From positions 16,528-80,527 of the IMG/VR virus record IMGVR_UViG_3300037042_001212: a stretch of DNA of 64,000 nucleotides, one strand, 5' to 3'. Position 1 is the first letter of the stretch. Each line of letters starts with the position of its first letter. Below, piece after piece: positions 44,958-54,924 of the stretch. The DNA is from a virus. The notes under the pieces were generated by a model. The model was not told the origin of the DNA. It did no database searches and saw only the letters and a list, made by a program, of their open reading frames with translations. Both the position numbers and the translations under genes were made by a program.

Positions 44958-45293
44958 CTAACCGTTAGCCACGCCAGCCTGCACAGCGGTCATTGTTGCG
45001 GTTCCGCTTGCCCAGACAGTCACATTAAGTCGAATCGCCGTCACCGGGTAGGCGTAGTTTCCGTCGAACGAGGTCGTTTTATTGACCATCGTTGCGTGGG
45101 AAAACCAGTTTGCCGTAGCCGGATCAAACGTGGAAGACCAGATATCGTCAAACGTATGCTGCACCGTGTAGGTCAGGGAAGCGCCAGCACTGAGGCTGAC
45201 GCCAATACCGATGTTAAACGGCGAGATGTACTGGTCGAGCGGGATGGTGTTGGATGCCGCAACCGCGCCAACTGTTACTCGAATGGGTCTCAC
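44958..45293 (-). CDS. small beta-rich structural protein
   Basis: YTVQHTFDD...YPVTAIRL; GTG start after a GGGG RBS. Confidence 0.6.
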   Translation of the reverse strand: MRPIRVTVGAVAASNTIPLDQYISPFNIGIGVSLSAGASLTYTVQHTFDDIWSSTFDPATANWFSHATMVNKTTSFDGNYAYPVTAIRLNVTVWASGTATMTAVQAGVANG

Positions 45294-45305
45294 GACACCC
45301 CCTTA

Positions 45306-45845
45306 TTAGGACGTAGCAAACGGAGTAGCGACGACGCCAGAACCCAGAGCAACACCGTTGACCATGTACTTCAGCGCGTCGATGGCGAAAATCTCCACCC
45401 ACGTACCAGCAACGCCACCGGTGGTGCCACCATTGAAGTTGATGAAGTCATCCGAAGCGCCAGCGATAAATCCTACAACAGCACCAGAAGTGTCGGTGTC
45501 AATTGACAAAACAGAACCAACAAACTTGTCTGTGCCGTCCGTGCCGATCTTCAGGCTGCTGGTGGCGATGGTGGTCGGAACCCAGATCGTGTAGACCACA
45601 CCTTCGTTGTTCAGGGTGTTCGGGTCATTACCCGGGCCGGAGGCGGAGGTGTTGGCCGAGGCAATGATCGGCGGCAGGGTCAGTACTACGTCCGCCGCCA
45701 GAGTGCCGCCAACGGCGATGATGCGACCGGCGTGAGCGGTGGGGTTCAGGGTGGTGCTGGAAGTGATCGTAACAATGGTGGACGGGCCTTGCTGAAACAA
45801 ACCGCCAAGCGAGCGGATCGGGCCGTCAAAAGACGTAATAGCCAT
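45306..45845 (-). CDS. structural protein downstream of the capsid gene (head decoration/fibre candidate)
   Basis: MAITSFDGPIRS, VLTLP, Thr/Gly-rich; AGGAG RBS. Confidence 0.6.
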   Translation of the reverse strand: MAITSFDGPIRSLGGLFQQGPSTIVTITSSTTLNPTAHAGRIIAVGGTLAADVVLTLPPIIASANTSASGPGNDPNTLNNEGVVYTIWVPTTIATSSLKIGTDGTDKFVGSVLSIDTDTSGAVVGFIAGASDDFINFNGGTTGGVAGTWVEIFAIDALKYMVNGVALGSGVVATPFATS

Positions 45846-45860
45846 GAATATCTCCTAGTG

Positions 45861-45928
45861 TGTTAGCACATCCGCATAGAGTCTCTAACAAGTCTGCTGG
45901 GGCAGTCGCTATGCGTAAAAAATCCCAG
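45861..45928 (-). ncRNA. candidate double-pseudoknot cis-regulatory RNA
   Basis: Three mutually crossing complementary pairs: 45861-66/45885-90, 45873-79/45909-15, 45897-901/45924-28. Confidence 0.45.
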
Positions 45929-45930
45929 AT

Positions 45931-46011
45931 AAAAGAACAAGGGTGGCTGCGTGGTAACGGGCTTATCGTTCCTGTCCACACTCCAGATGCTGCCAGATCA
46001 CCACCCTTGTT
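45931..46011 (-). terminator. long-loop inverted repeat after the capsid gene, terminator/attenuator-like
   Basis: AACAAGGGTGG (45936-46) pairs with CCACCCTTGTT (46001-11); followed by CTTTT on the - strand. Confidence 0.4.
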
Positions 46012-46026
46012 TACATCATACTACAG

Positions 46027-46935
46027 TTACGAAGAACCAGACGCGCCGAAGATACCCAGCGGGTCAGAAGCGCCGAAGCTGTAACGCTCACGGGACTTGT
46101 AACGTACGTTGCCCGTATCAAAATCTCCATCCATGGAGTTAGACAGAGGCGTACGCACGAAGTGTTTCAGACCGTTCGGTACATCCGTGGTCAGGAACCA
46201 AGCATTGGTATCAGTCAAGAAGTGATTGATGCAATACCCGCCCGGGATCGAGCCATTGTTCTTCAGTGCATTGATGTCGTTGTTGTTGGTGCTAACACGC
46301 AGTTCCGTTTCCAGAAGACGCGTTCCAACAAACATCAGTGCCGGAGGAAGAACCAGCTTGACCGGCTTCGCAGCGATGAGCAGACCGCGCTCATCCGTCC
46401 AACCAGCGATCTGAATGACAGCAGCCTCAAGCGAGGTTTCATTCAGGTCAGCGGCACCACCCGTGTTGCTGTTCGTACCGCCAGAAACCAGCGGGTGGGC
46501 AGCGGAACACAGGACAACGCCGTCGCCGTAGGTCGGGCCACCAGCAAATGCGGTGTTAAGGATTGTAGCGGCCTTAACTTGCTTGGTGTACGCCATGGCA
46601 CGAGCCAGACCTTTGGTATAACGAGCCGACAGGCTGTCATACAGGTTGTCTTCCACCGCTTCTTCAGTGATGGAGAAACCCAAGGCAATGGTTTCGTGTT
46701 GGTAACGGGCAGTCCATGCTTCTTGGGCGTTGTCATAGGCGATTGCACTGCCTTCAGACTTGACCGGAGCAGCCGAGAAACCCGACAGTTTTGTTTCTTC
46801 TTCAAAAGAACGCTCAGAAGTCTCAGTTTCAAAGATTTCCTTGTGCTCTTCACCATACTTCTTGTACTCAAGACCAAACAAGGCATTCAGCCCCGGAAGG
46901 AGTTCTTTAAGTAGTTGTGCGCGTGAGATAGCCAT
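46027..46935 (-). CDS. major capsid protein
   Basis: MAISRAQLLKELLPGLNALFG...DFDTGNVRYKSRERYSFG; 302 aa; position after the scaffold. Confidence 0.9.
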   Translation of the reverse strand: MAISRAQLLKELLPGLNALFGLEYKKYGEEHKEIFETETSERSFEEETKLSGFSAAPVKSEGSAIAYDNAQEAWTARYQHETIALGFSITEEAVEDNLYDSLSARYTKGLARAMAYTKQVKAATILNTAFAGGPTYGDGVVLCSAAHPLVSGGTNSNTGGAADLNETSLEAAVIQIAGWTDERGLLIAAKPVKLVLPPALMFVGTRLLETELRVSTNNNDINALKNNGSIPGGYCINHFLTDTNAWFLTTDVPNGLKHFVRTPLSNSMDGDFDTGNVRYKSRERYSFGASDPLGIFGASGSS

Positions 46936-46946
46936 TATTTATTCTC

Positions 46947-47561
46947 CTAGACCGCAGTTGCAAGGCGGTATTGATGAATGCCTTGGTTCCACGACACCAG
47001 AACTTCGACAAAGGAACCGGTAGCCGGTGCGGTATCCGGCACAACATCCACAACTTTACACGGGATTGCTGCCGTGGTTGCAGTGCTGTTCAGAACGCAA
47101 TGTGCGCTGTTGCCGGTGGTATTACTACCAGCATTAACCACCAGCGAAGCATTGCCACCAACCATAGTCGCACGGGTAGCTTGAGCGACAACAGTAGTGC
47201 CAGAAACAATCGCGGTCTTCATCACCAGATCGGGATCATCCGCAACATACGCGGTAATCGCGCTCGTGGTGTCCGGGGTGCCGGTAGTCAGGGCGGGGTA
47301 ATACTGAGCAAAAATGCGCTGGCCCGATGAGTTGATGTAGCTGCAACCCATAAAGATACCAACGACATTAACCGTGGTAGCGGTCAGGACAGCCGTAGTG
47401 ATACAGCCGTTCGAGGACATCAGAACCACGTCACCAAAGTAGATGCTGGTGCCGTGTGCCGTTTGGATCGGAATTTGCCGGGTCGAGCCAGCGAAAACCT
47501 GTCCGCCCAGCAGATTTACGGGGATGAGCCCGTAGGGTGCTGAAACAGTAGGATAAGCCAT
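46947..47561 (-). CDS. capsid decoration / cement protein
   Basis: APYGLIPV...IYFGDVV...VADDPD; immediately upstream of the capsid gene. Confidence 0.65.
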   Translation of the reverse strand: MAYPTVSAPYGLIPVNLLGGQVFAGSTRQIPIQTAHGTSIYFGDVVLMSSNGCITTAVLTATTVNVVGIFMGCSYINSSGQRIFAQYYPALTTGTPDTTSAITAYVADDPDLVMKTAIVSGTTVVAQATRATMVGGNASLVVNAGSNTTGNSAHCVLNSTATTAAIPCKVVDVVPDTAPATGSFVEVLVSWNQGIHQYRLATAV

Positions 47562-47593
47562 TGAAGACTCCTAAAAATTAAATAAGTGTTACG

Positions 47594-48046
47594 TTATTTG
47601 GTACCGCTGCCGAACGTCACCGATGTCCGATTGTCTTTAAACAAGGGCATACGAGCGTCGTTCTGCTGCATAAAGCTGTTATCAACGGCGTTTATCTGAT
47701 CTGCGGACGCTTTTTTATAAAACGCTGCGCGTTGTTCCATGAACTCTTTAGGAATTTTGCACAGCAAAAGCCCGCCAATCTCGATATTGCCTTTAAATCT
47801 GCTGTTAGGGTCAGAGAAAACGTGCATATGCGGTTGCGACTCCGCTTTTACAGGTTCCCAACCTTCACGGAATTTTGCAGACGTATTTGTAGGGTCAAAT
47901 TGCCCCAGCAAAGCTGTCCGTACCCATCTAAACGAGTACCCTTCTTCCGGTTGCGGAGTGGGCAGTCCAGTGGGCTGTACCCATTGCTGGGCCCGTTGCG
48001 CGGTTTCGCGGGTTTGTAAATCTCTGGTTAGGCGGTTATCAGCCAT
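47594..48046 (-). CDS. conserved-type head-module protein
   Basis: GYSFRWVR...REGWEPV...IGGLLLCKIP; start MADNR. Confidence 0.65.
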   Translation of the reverse strand: MADNRLTRDLQTRETAQRAQQWVQPTGLPTPQPEEGYSFRWVRTALLGQFDPTNTSAKFREGWEPVKAESQPHMHVFSDPNSRFKGNIEIGGLLLCKIPKEFMEQRAAFYKKASADQINAVDNSFMQQNDARMPLFKDNRTSVTFGSGTK

Positions 48047-48995
48047 TTTGGGCCTCCTGTACAGCAACTTGTTTAGCGTAAAGCTCAAGCGGAACACCCA
48101 GCCGTTTGGCTATGGCAACCTGAGTTTTGGTCAAAGTCACTTTTTTAGCTCCATTTGAACGCTTTGCGGAGGCTACAACCGTAGCCGTTTTTCTAGCCGC
48201 AACCGAAGGTTCGTTGTCGTCAAAACTATCTTTGTCCGACAAAAACGCTTCCGGAAACAATTGTCGCATGCGAGAGTCGATTCTCTCGAAGTATTTGTTA
48301 TCTCGCGGGTCTACACCCGAGTTGATCAATTTTTTGTGCACCACATAAGCCATTGCGGTCATTTCGTCATCGCGTCCAAACCACTGGTTTTTTGCCTGCC
48401 AGTTCAGGGTTTTTTCGTCAACGCGAGGCGCTTTATCTGCACTTAACTGCTTTTCTACTCCGGTTTCAGCGTCCTGTAAAGGAGTTGGCTTAAAATTCTC
48501 AGCCTGCATTAGTTTTATCTGGGCAGTGTTGAGAGCTGTCTGCGACTCAACAATTGCGTCCGTATCAAACGCATCATGAGCGTCTTTCAGCTTTTTCTTG
48601 GCCATCTCCATTTCTGCTACAGCCGCCGACTTCAGCGTACCTGCGTAGGCCGTCTCACCCGTGTGAACGTATTGCTGTAAACGACGATTATCCGCCGACA
48701 GTGCTCGGGCAGCGCGTTCCAGCTCGTCCTTCTCTCGCAGGGCTTCTTCCTTGGCGCGGCGCTCGTCGTGCCGAGCATGCGTCAGTTCTTTGATCCGCTG
48801 CTGAACCCCGGCAGTGTATTGGGTCAGTTCCTCATCAGTCGGTTCATCCGGCTGTTTCGCCAGCGGCCTGCGTCCGCGATCCACCTCGGGGGTATCATCA
48901 ATGATGTCGATTTCAACGTCGCCCTCTTCTATCTCGCTTTTGGCAACGTCTTTTGTCTCAATCTCGTCCGGGAACTGAAACTCTTTATTTTCCAT
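48039..48995 (-). CDS. putative capsid scaffolding protein
   Basis: Acidic N-terminus, coiled coil, WQAKNQWFG, C-terminal LT..QVAIAKRLGVPLELYAK; start MENKEF. Confidence 0.7.
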   Translation of the reverse strand: MENKEFQFPDEIETKDVAKSEIEEGDVEIDIIDDTPEVDRGRRPLAKQPDEPTDEELTQYTAGVQQRIKELTHARHDERRAKEEALREKDELERAARALSADNRRLQQYVHTGETAYAGTLKSAAVAEMEMAKKKLKDAHDAFDTDAIVESQTALNTAQIKLMQAENFKPTPLQDAETGVEKQLSADKAPRVDEKTLNWQAKNQWFGRDDEMTAMAYVVHKKLINSGVDPRDNKYFERIDSRMRQLFPEAFLSDKDSFDDNEPSVAARKTATVVASAKRSNGAKKVTLTKTQVAIAKRLGVPLELYAKQVAVQEAQNG

Positions 48996-49005
48996 GCGCT
49001 TCTCC

Positions 49006-49410
49006 TTATTTGCGACGGATGCCGCGAGGGTCTTCAACGACAGCCTCGACAGAATCATCGTTAATCAAGCGGAACTCTTTGCCGTAAATATCCAACCGCG
49101 TTCCGGAATTTGGTCGAATAATGATGAAATCCCCCGTCTTGCACCACGGACCAGATGGAAACTTTGCTTTGTCCTGATACGCATCGGGCCCGACTTTAAC
49201 TACAAACAAGACGGTGGTGAGAATTTCCTCGCGATGCACTGTCGTATCTGCCTTGATAATCAAGCTGTTATCAAACTTCTCTTCAATTTCAGGAATTGCA
49301 CACAGCAGGTGGTATCCACTTGGCTCAGGCAACTGCTTGGCTTTACGGGCATCCTCCTGTTTTTCTTGCTCCCACTTTTGTTCCAGCGCTGTTGGCATAG
49401 CGTCAGTCAT
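49006..49410 (-). CDS. groES: GroES-like co-chaperonin
   Basis: PSGYHLL...VVKVGPDAY...GDFII...GKEFRLINDDSVEAVV. Confidence 0.8.
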   Translation of the reverse strand: MTDAMPTALEQKWEQEKQEDARKAKQLPEPSGYHLLCAIPEIEEKFDNSLIIKADTTVHREEILTTVLFVVKVGPDAYQDKAKFPSGPWCKTGDFIIIRPNSGTRLDIYGKEFRLINDDSVEAVVEDPRGIRRK

Positions 49411-49600
49411 CGTCAGCTTTCTCCACTTTTTCGCAAAGGTCTAAAAGAAATCGCTCTGCAATGGCCAGACCTTCGATCACCCCGCAAAGCCTTTTGTATT
49501 CGTCAAACGTACCGCACGCGCCACCTGCAACATCATCGGCGTAGTTGTTCATCTGCTCCCTGATCTGCTTGCGCAATCTGTCGGCAAAAACCGTAATCAT
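49403..49600 (-). CDS. small head-module protein
   Basis: EYKRLCGVIEGL; lies between portal and GroES. Confidence 0.6.
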   Translation of the reverse strand: MITVFADRLRKQIREQMNNYADDVAGGACGTFDEYKRLCGVIEGLAIAERFLLDLCEKVEKADDD

Positions 49601-52041
49601 TACTGCTCCTTGGGTTTGTTAGCTTGTTGCACGGTCATTTCGTCTTCGCGTGCCAAACGTGCAATCTCTGTCAGCACATTCAGCCCCTCAATCTTACGCG
49701 TCCCCTCCAACTCCTGCTCCTTGATGCTAATCTCATCCGCTTTGGCCGCAGCATCGATTGCATCCTTACGACTCTTGCGTTGTACTTCCTGCTCCTTGAT
49801 GCCTGCTTCTTTTTCCTTGATCGCCAGCTCCTGAGCCTGCAGCTGCAGCAGCGGGTCTTGCGCGTTCTGTTGTGCCTGCTGCTGAGCAACCATCGCCTTG
49901 CTCTGCGCCAGAACCTGCGGTGCCGCTTGCGCAAGCAACTGCGAAAGTGTCAGCTCCATCTCGGCAGTCAGGCCATCTTGCTGGTCAGTGGTCGGCAAGG
50001 GCGCACCCAGCGCTTGGGACATTTTGTTGCGGTACGCGTAGCCAACGTGCTCAGCGATGTGCGCCATCATCGACGCTTGAATAGCTTGAGCCTGCGGGTT
50101 CTGCCCAATGAGCTGTTGCATCATCGGGTCCTGTGTGGCCATCATATGAACTTGTATGTGCGCTTCGTGGTCCTGATACGCAAACGCTCGGATCGGCTTG
50201 CCCGTCAGCGCGTTCTGGTTCTCGGTGACCGGATCGGTTGGCTTCATGTCCTCTTTTGTCGGAATCAGCTTCTCCACTTCTTTGATACCCAGCACCTTGA
50301 GCATCTGCCGATGGAGCTGTGGCAAGTCATAAATCTGCGGAGCTGTCTGTGACAACTGGATCACGGCCTGATACTGCACAACACGTTGGGTCATCGTCGC
50401 CGCGTTGGGGTCCGACACCGGGATGATCTCCGTGTAGCGGTAGTCCTTGTACTTCGCCTTGCGCCCCTGCTCCGCATCGACGTCGTAGTCGTATTCTTCG
50501 TTGTCCGGAGAGTCATCTCGAACAATCTCGGCAATCAGGCGCAGCTCCTGCTTGAACGCGTAGTGCATACGCGCCTGCACCGCGCTCATCACCTTCAACT
50601 GGCGTTCCAGAATAGCCAACGTCGTGCCAACCGGAGCCTGCGCCGACATGTCCGAAACCTTCATGTCTGCCGTAGCGGCAAACCGACGGCCTTCTTCAAT
50701 GATCTTGTCCAAAAGCCCTGACAGCACCAGCGACGGTTCCTTGTACGGCAGGGGCATCAAGTTATCCCGAATCGTGCCCGAGCCCACATCCACGTCCCGG
50801 AACTCGCCCGGAGCGATTGGGGTGTCATCCCCTTTGATACGTAGCCCCCGGGCCTTCAACCCACCCGGAAGGTTACTAAGCGTGCCAGCGTCAACGAGCT
50901 GCCGCAGGAGTGACGTGCCCGCTTTTGCGTACCCGCCGATCAAATGAAACAAGCCAAAGCCGTAAGCGCCGAAGCCGGGGATGTATTGGTAGTGGACGTA
51001 GTGCAGGCGCTTCATGCGCTTGTTGTCGTTTTCCTTCCAGTTGCGCCGGATTGCCAACGCGTCATTGGTACCTTCGACGTATGTAACAATGTACGGCAAC
51101 TCAATCCCGGTCTCTTCCCCATCTTTATCCTTGTCCTCAAACCCGGGCAAGTTCAAGTCAACGCACACCTCGTTGATGACGTAGCGATCGTCGTTCAGCG
51201 CGGAAAACCCCGTTTCAGTGTCTTTAACCTTCTGAATCTCGTCCATAGTATTGGACGGCTCCCCGAGGGACACGTCAGCCCAAAAACCATCGACCTGTAA
51301 CATGCGAATTTCATTTGCGTTCTTGCGCATACGGTGCGTGATGCGGGTGGCGCTCTGCAGCTCAGACGTGCCATACGGCAGGATGATGTCTTCCGCGCCT
51401 ACAAATACAGAGGTCTGGCGGTCGAGCCTCGGGTCCTTGTAGACTTTTTTAAACGCGGAGCCTGCACCCGGCAAGCTCCACAACATCTTCTCGTGCTCCG
51501 GACGAAACTCAACCATGTTCTCCGTCAGCTGCCAGTTCATGTCGTCTTGTACGCGCTGAGCAGCTTCGTCCTTGGCTCGCGTCTGCTTGCCCACGATCTT
51601 GGTCTTTACGGGACCCCCAGCGGGAAACGCCTCCATGATTGTCTCGGACTGAAACCGCACAACCGCTTCGGTGATCATTGGGTGGTAGACACCACACGCT
51701 CCTGCCCACGGCTCCATCCGTTCCTCGTACTTCAAGCCCATGAGCTTGATACCATTCTTGAGCATGTCCTCCCAATCCTTGCGGGAGTTTCTATCGTTTT
51801 GAACCTCAGCGGCCAAATCGGTAACCACGCCAGTTACATCATTTGCGTCTACAAAGTCCAGCAGGTTGGCGTTGAAATCCTCCGCAACCTCAGCGTCGCT
51901 CCCGGGCGTCAGGCTAATCTCCACGCCATCGACGCCAATGTTGACTTCTTCCGGGTCAACGATCTCGATCTCAATCTCAGGCCCAACTGCGTCTTCTTCG
52001 ATCCCCACCGGGGCCTGATACAGTGCTTTGTCTACGCTCAT
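49600..52041 (-). CDS. portal protein
   Basis: 813 aa after the terminase; GSAFKKVY, GFGAYGFGL, Q-rich C-terminal coiled coil. Confidence 0.85.
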   Translation of the reverse strand: MSVDKALYQAPVGIEEDAVGPEIEIEIVDPEEVNIGVDGVEISLTPGSDAEVAEDFNANLLDFVDANDVTGVVTDLAAEVQNDRNSRKDWEDMLKNGIKLMGLKYEERMEPWAGACGVYHPMITEAVVRFQSETIMEAFPAGGPVKTKIVGKQTRAKDEAAQRVQDDMNWQLTENMVEFRPEHEKMLWSLPGAGSAFKKVYKDPRLDRQTSVFVGAEDIILPYGTSELQSATRITHRMRKNANEIRMLQVDGFWADVSLGEPSNTMDEIQKVKDTETGFSALNDDRYVINEVCVDLNLPGFEDKDKDGEETGIELPYIVTYVEGTNDALAIRRNWKENDNKRMKRLHYVHYQYIPGFGAYGFGLFHLIGGYAKAGTSLLRQLVDAGTLSNLPGGLKARGLRIKGDDTPIAPGEFRDVDVGSGTIRDNLMPLPYKEPSLVLSGLLDKIIEEGRRFAATADMKVSDMSAQAPVGTTLAILERQLKVMSAVQARMHYAFKQELRLIAEIVRDDSPDNEEYDYDVDAEQGRKAKYKDYRYTEIIPVSDPNAATMTQRVVQYQAVIQLSQTAPQIYDLPQLHRQMLKVLGIKEVEKLIPTKEDMKPTDPVTENQNALTGKPIRAFAYQDHEAHIQVHMMATQDPMMQQLIGQNPQAQAIQASMMAHIAEHVGYAYRNKMSQALGAPLPTTDQQDGLTAEMELTLSQLLAQAAPQVLAQSKAMVAQQQAQQNAQDPLLQLQAQELAIKEKEAGIKEQEVQRKSRKDAIDAAAKADEISIKEQELEGTRKIEGLNVLTEIARLAREDEMTVQQANKPKEQ

Positions 52042-52050
52042 GTCGTGTCC

Positions 52051-52338
52051 TTATTTTTTTCTCCGCGCCATATTCGAGCGCGGGTCGTATGTAAACGAAC
52101 TGGGAGAGGCTCCGGTGGCACGCGCTGCGCGGTCTTTCGCACGCTCTTCAGCGGTCATCTTGTTACGCACTTCACCCCCAGCCGTGAAAGTCTTGCCATC
52201 CGCCTCCAGATGCCCGCGAGTTTGGAGCACTGCTATTGCCGCCGCGTGTGGGTCCTTTGGCGGATTCTTCTGCGTCCGCATCTGTTCTGCCAGACGCTTA
52301 ATGAGCTCGCCCTGCCCCATGAACTTCTGCGTTGCCAT
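52051..52338 (-). CDS. hypothetical protein
   Basis: 95 aa, TGATG coupling to terL. Confidence 0.6.
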   Translation of the reverse strand: MATQKFMGQGELIKRLAEQMRTQKNPPKDPHAAAIAVLQTRGHLEADGKTFTAGGEVRNKMTAEERAKDRAARATGASPSSFTYDPRSNMARRKK

Positions 52339-53846
52339 CAGTAGTACCCCACATGTCTCTGGCTTTTAAACGACTTTGGTTTGTCTTTCCACTCATCCGA
52401 GTCAAGCGTAATGAAATTCCCCTGCCTGAACCGTAGCAGAGCCTGTGTCGCAGTGTCCACGTAGTCGTCGTGCTCTCCTGCCGGGAACGACGCAATCTCT
52501 TCAATCACTTCCTTCGCCCACCGGGTATTCGGAGCCCACACTTTACCACTAGCAAACAGGTCCGCTACTGCATTAACGCGTACCATCTTGTCGTTACCCC
52601 GGCTGGGAGTGAACTCCTGCACGGGCACCCCGATGTGCCGCATCTCTTGAATCAGCGGAGCTCCCGCCGCTTTCTTCTCAATGATCACCGACACCGTGTT
52701 CTCGCCCCACATCTGCCGCAAGTCCTTGTACTGGTCGAGGGCCACCTTCTTCAACTCCGGGAACTCCATTCTGTCCTTGAACGCATCGAGCAGAATGATG
52801 TGCGGCTGGTTGTTGTCCTCCTCGTTGTACCACACCCCCCACGTTGTACAGGCAGAGTAGTCGTTCTGACTCTTGGTGTCGTGCGCGGTGTCCCATGACT
52901 GGAGCACATAGACGCACTTCGGCGGGGTCTCGGGCTCCCACTCCCGCCACATGTCGCGCTTGATGAGCGCGATAGCGTCCGAGGTCGGCTGCTGCTGGTA
53001 CTGGGCGTTCCAGAAACGAGGGTTCAGCGTGGCCTTCGTCTTCTCCAGCTCCTCGATCGGCCACTTCTCAGGCCACAGCGCTCGCCCGGACGGCAGTATC
53101 GCCGGAAACTCCACGACCTCCCACTGGTCCGCATCGGGGTTCTTGGTCTGGTACTCGATCAGCTTGGCCGTCATGTCGATCTGCCCCCACCGGGTCATGA
53201 CGACGATGATGGCTCCGCCCCACATCAGGCGCTGGCGCGGGCCGGTCTGGTACCAGTTCCACGCTTGCTCAAACGGCAGCTTCGACCCACTTTTCAAGTC
53301 CTGCTCTGAGTGCGGGTCATCGATCACCAGCAAGTTGGCACCCCGCCCTGCCAGCGCACCACCCACACCCACGGCGTAATACCGGCCCCCCGCGCCTGTG
53401 CTCCAGCTACCTGCGCCTTTCCTGTCCTCGGCCAGCCGCGTACCTTTAAAAATGTCTTTGTATTCAGGGCTTGCGAGCAAGTTCCTCACCCGCCCGCCAA
53501 ACTCCTCCGACAGCGACGCGGTGTGCGTGGCCATGATGATCTGGCGATCGGGGTGCAGCCCCATGTACCACGCAGGCAGCAGGTATGACGCCAACTCGGA
53601 CTTGCCGTGGCGCGGGGCTATGTTGATGATTATGCGCTTTTTTCTGCCCTCCGCCACGTCTTTAAACAGCCGCGCCATGATTTTGTGGTGCGGCCCAACG
53701 GAGTAGTTTGGGTAAACACGTTTTGCAAACTCGATAAGATCGTTCTGCGCCGCCGAGATACCAAGCCGCTTGATCCGCTCATCAAGAAGGGCGATCAACG
53801 CCTCCTTCTCTTCAGGCGTCTTGGCGAGGGAGATCGTCTGGGTCAT
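52338..53846 (-). CDS. terL: terminase large subunit
   Basis: APRHGKSE, LLVIDDPH, VMTRW, YQQQP, QSWDTA, HDDYVD. Confidence 0.93.
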   Translation of the reverse strand: MTQTISLAKTPEEKEALIALLDERIKRLGISAAQNDLIEFAKRVYPNYSVGPHHKIMARLFKDVAEGRKKRIIINIAPRHGKSELASYLLPAWYMGLHPDRQIIMATHTASLSEEFGGRVRNLLASPEYKDIFKGTRLAEDRKGAGSWSTGAGGRYYAVGVGGALAGRGANLLVIDDPHSEQDLKSGSKLPFEQAWNWYQTGPRQRLMWGGAIIVVMTRWGQIDMTAKLIEYQTKNPDADQWEVVEFPAILPSGRALWPEKWPIEELEKTKATLNPRFWNAQYQQQPTSDAIALIKRDMWREWEPETPPKCVYVLQSWDTAHDTKSQNDYSACTTWGVWYNEEDNNQPHIILLDAFKDRMEFPELKKVALDQYKDLRQMWGENTVSVIIEKKAAGAPLIQEMRHIGVPVQEFTPSRGNDKMVRVNAVADLFASGKVWAPNTRWAKEVIEEIASFPAGEHDDYVDTATQALLRFRQGNFITLDSDEWKDKPKSFKSQRHVGYY

Positions 53847-54453
53847 CGGTTTTTATGATTTCAGCTTCGATCGGGTCCACTTCTATGGACTGGTTCTCGA
53901 CCACTTTCATCAAGCGCATGTAGTCTCCCATGCGTTTGTCAATCTCAGACTGTAGCTCCGCGTCGGAGAGCTCCACCTTCTTCATTTCCACGCGTTCGGT
54001 AAACAGCGCAACCTCGGTGACCTTACCCAGCAACTCAATCGCTCTTAAACGTATTTTGGCATCTGGGTGCTTAACTTCATCCAGCAGCGAGGCGATGCAG
54101 TATCCCCGGATGCGTTTGGCTTGCTCAACAAACGCCCAATCGTAGGCGGTCAACATCCCTACAAGATGTTTTACAGCGACGGGTACTTCTACGTTGGCAA
54201 GCGCCAGTTTTTGTTTGTCCGCATCCAGCGGGGCGGTCATGGCCAAAAATGCGTCTGTTGCAGCCTTTGTTTGTGCGTCGTCGGTTGTGGCGTCGTCGTC
54301 AACACCCAGAGCTTTCAACCAATCTGCAGTGTGAATTTTACCGTCAACGACTTGCGCCGCCGAAGCTTCTGCGTCGGGGGTAAAGTTGGCGTTCTCCAGC
54401 ATTAGGGCTGGAATAAAATCGGCCTCGTCTACAGTGACTAGGTGTTCAAGCAA
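53812..54453 (-). CDS. putative terminase small subunit
   Basis: Directly upstream of terL; RLRAIELLGK..EVALFTER helical motif. Confidence 0.65.
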   Translation of the reverse strand: MLEHLVTVDEADFIPALMLENANFTPDAEASAAQVVDGKIHTADWLKALGVDDDATTDDAQTKAATDAFLAMTAPLDADKQKLALANVEVPVAVKHLVGMLTAYDWAFVEQAKRIRGYCIASLLDEVKHPDAKIRLRAIELLGKVTEVALFTERVEMKKVELSDAELQSEIDKRMGDYMRLMKVVENQSIEVDPIEAEIIKTDDPDDLPRQDA

Positions 54454-54504
54454 GCATGTACTCCGCGCTGTTTAGCGATCAGGGCTTGCTGCGCCCCAGT
54501 GGGT

Positions 54505-54533
54505 AGCATACAATGAAGCACCTTCGTTGTGAA
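54505..54533 (-). promoter_or_regulatory. sigma70-like promoter for the packaging/structural operon
   Basis: TTCACA-N17-TATGCT on the - strand, ~50 nt upstream of terS. Confidence 0.5.
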
Positions 54534-54554
54534 GCGTCTCCCCAGACGCATTTT

Positions 54555-54585
54555 CCCCGGCTATTAAAAACCCGGGGTTTTTTTT
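54555..54585 (+). terminator. Rho-independent terminator-like hairpin
   Basis: CCCCGG-N11-CCGGGG followed by T8. Confidence 0.55.
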
Positions 54586-54924
54586 ATGTGCAGGTGTCTA
54601 AAGATTGACAAATTTCAATGGCGGATTTTGCAAAATAAGTGACACCCCGGCATCCTCAAGCTTGCCGTCCACACCGCACCAAGGAGGAGGGGGTGTTGCA
54701 GCGTGGAAGCTTGGGGGCGGGGCGTCAGCGCGGAGTATAGGGGGCGTGGGGGGTCTGGCACAAGGGTGTCTAATATTAGACATGAGACTCTGTTTCTACA
54801 TAAACATTTGAGCAAAATAGTGTTCCCCGGCAAGCCGCCAAGCCACCCCGTCAAAAGGCTGGCCCACCCCCCAGTGGGGTCTGGAGGCTTGGCTGCGAGG
54901 CTACCCAGCCTCTCCAGAACGTAG

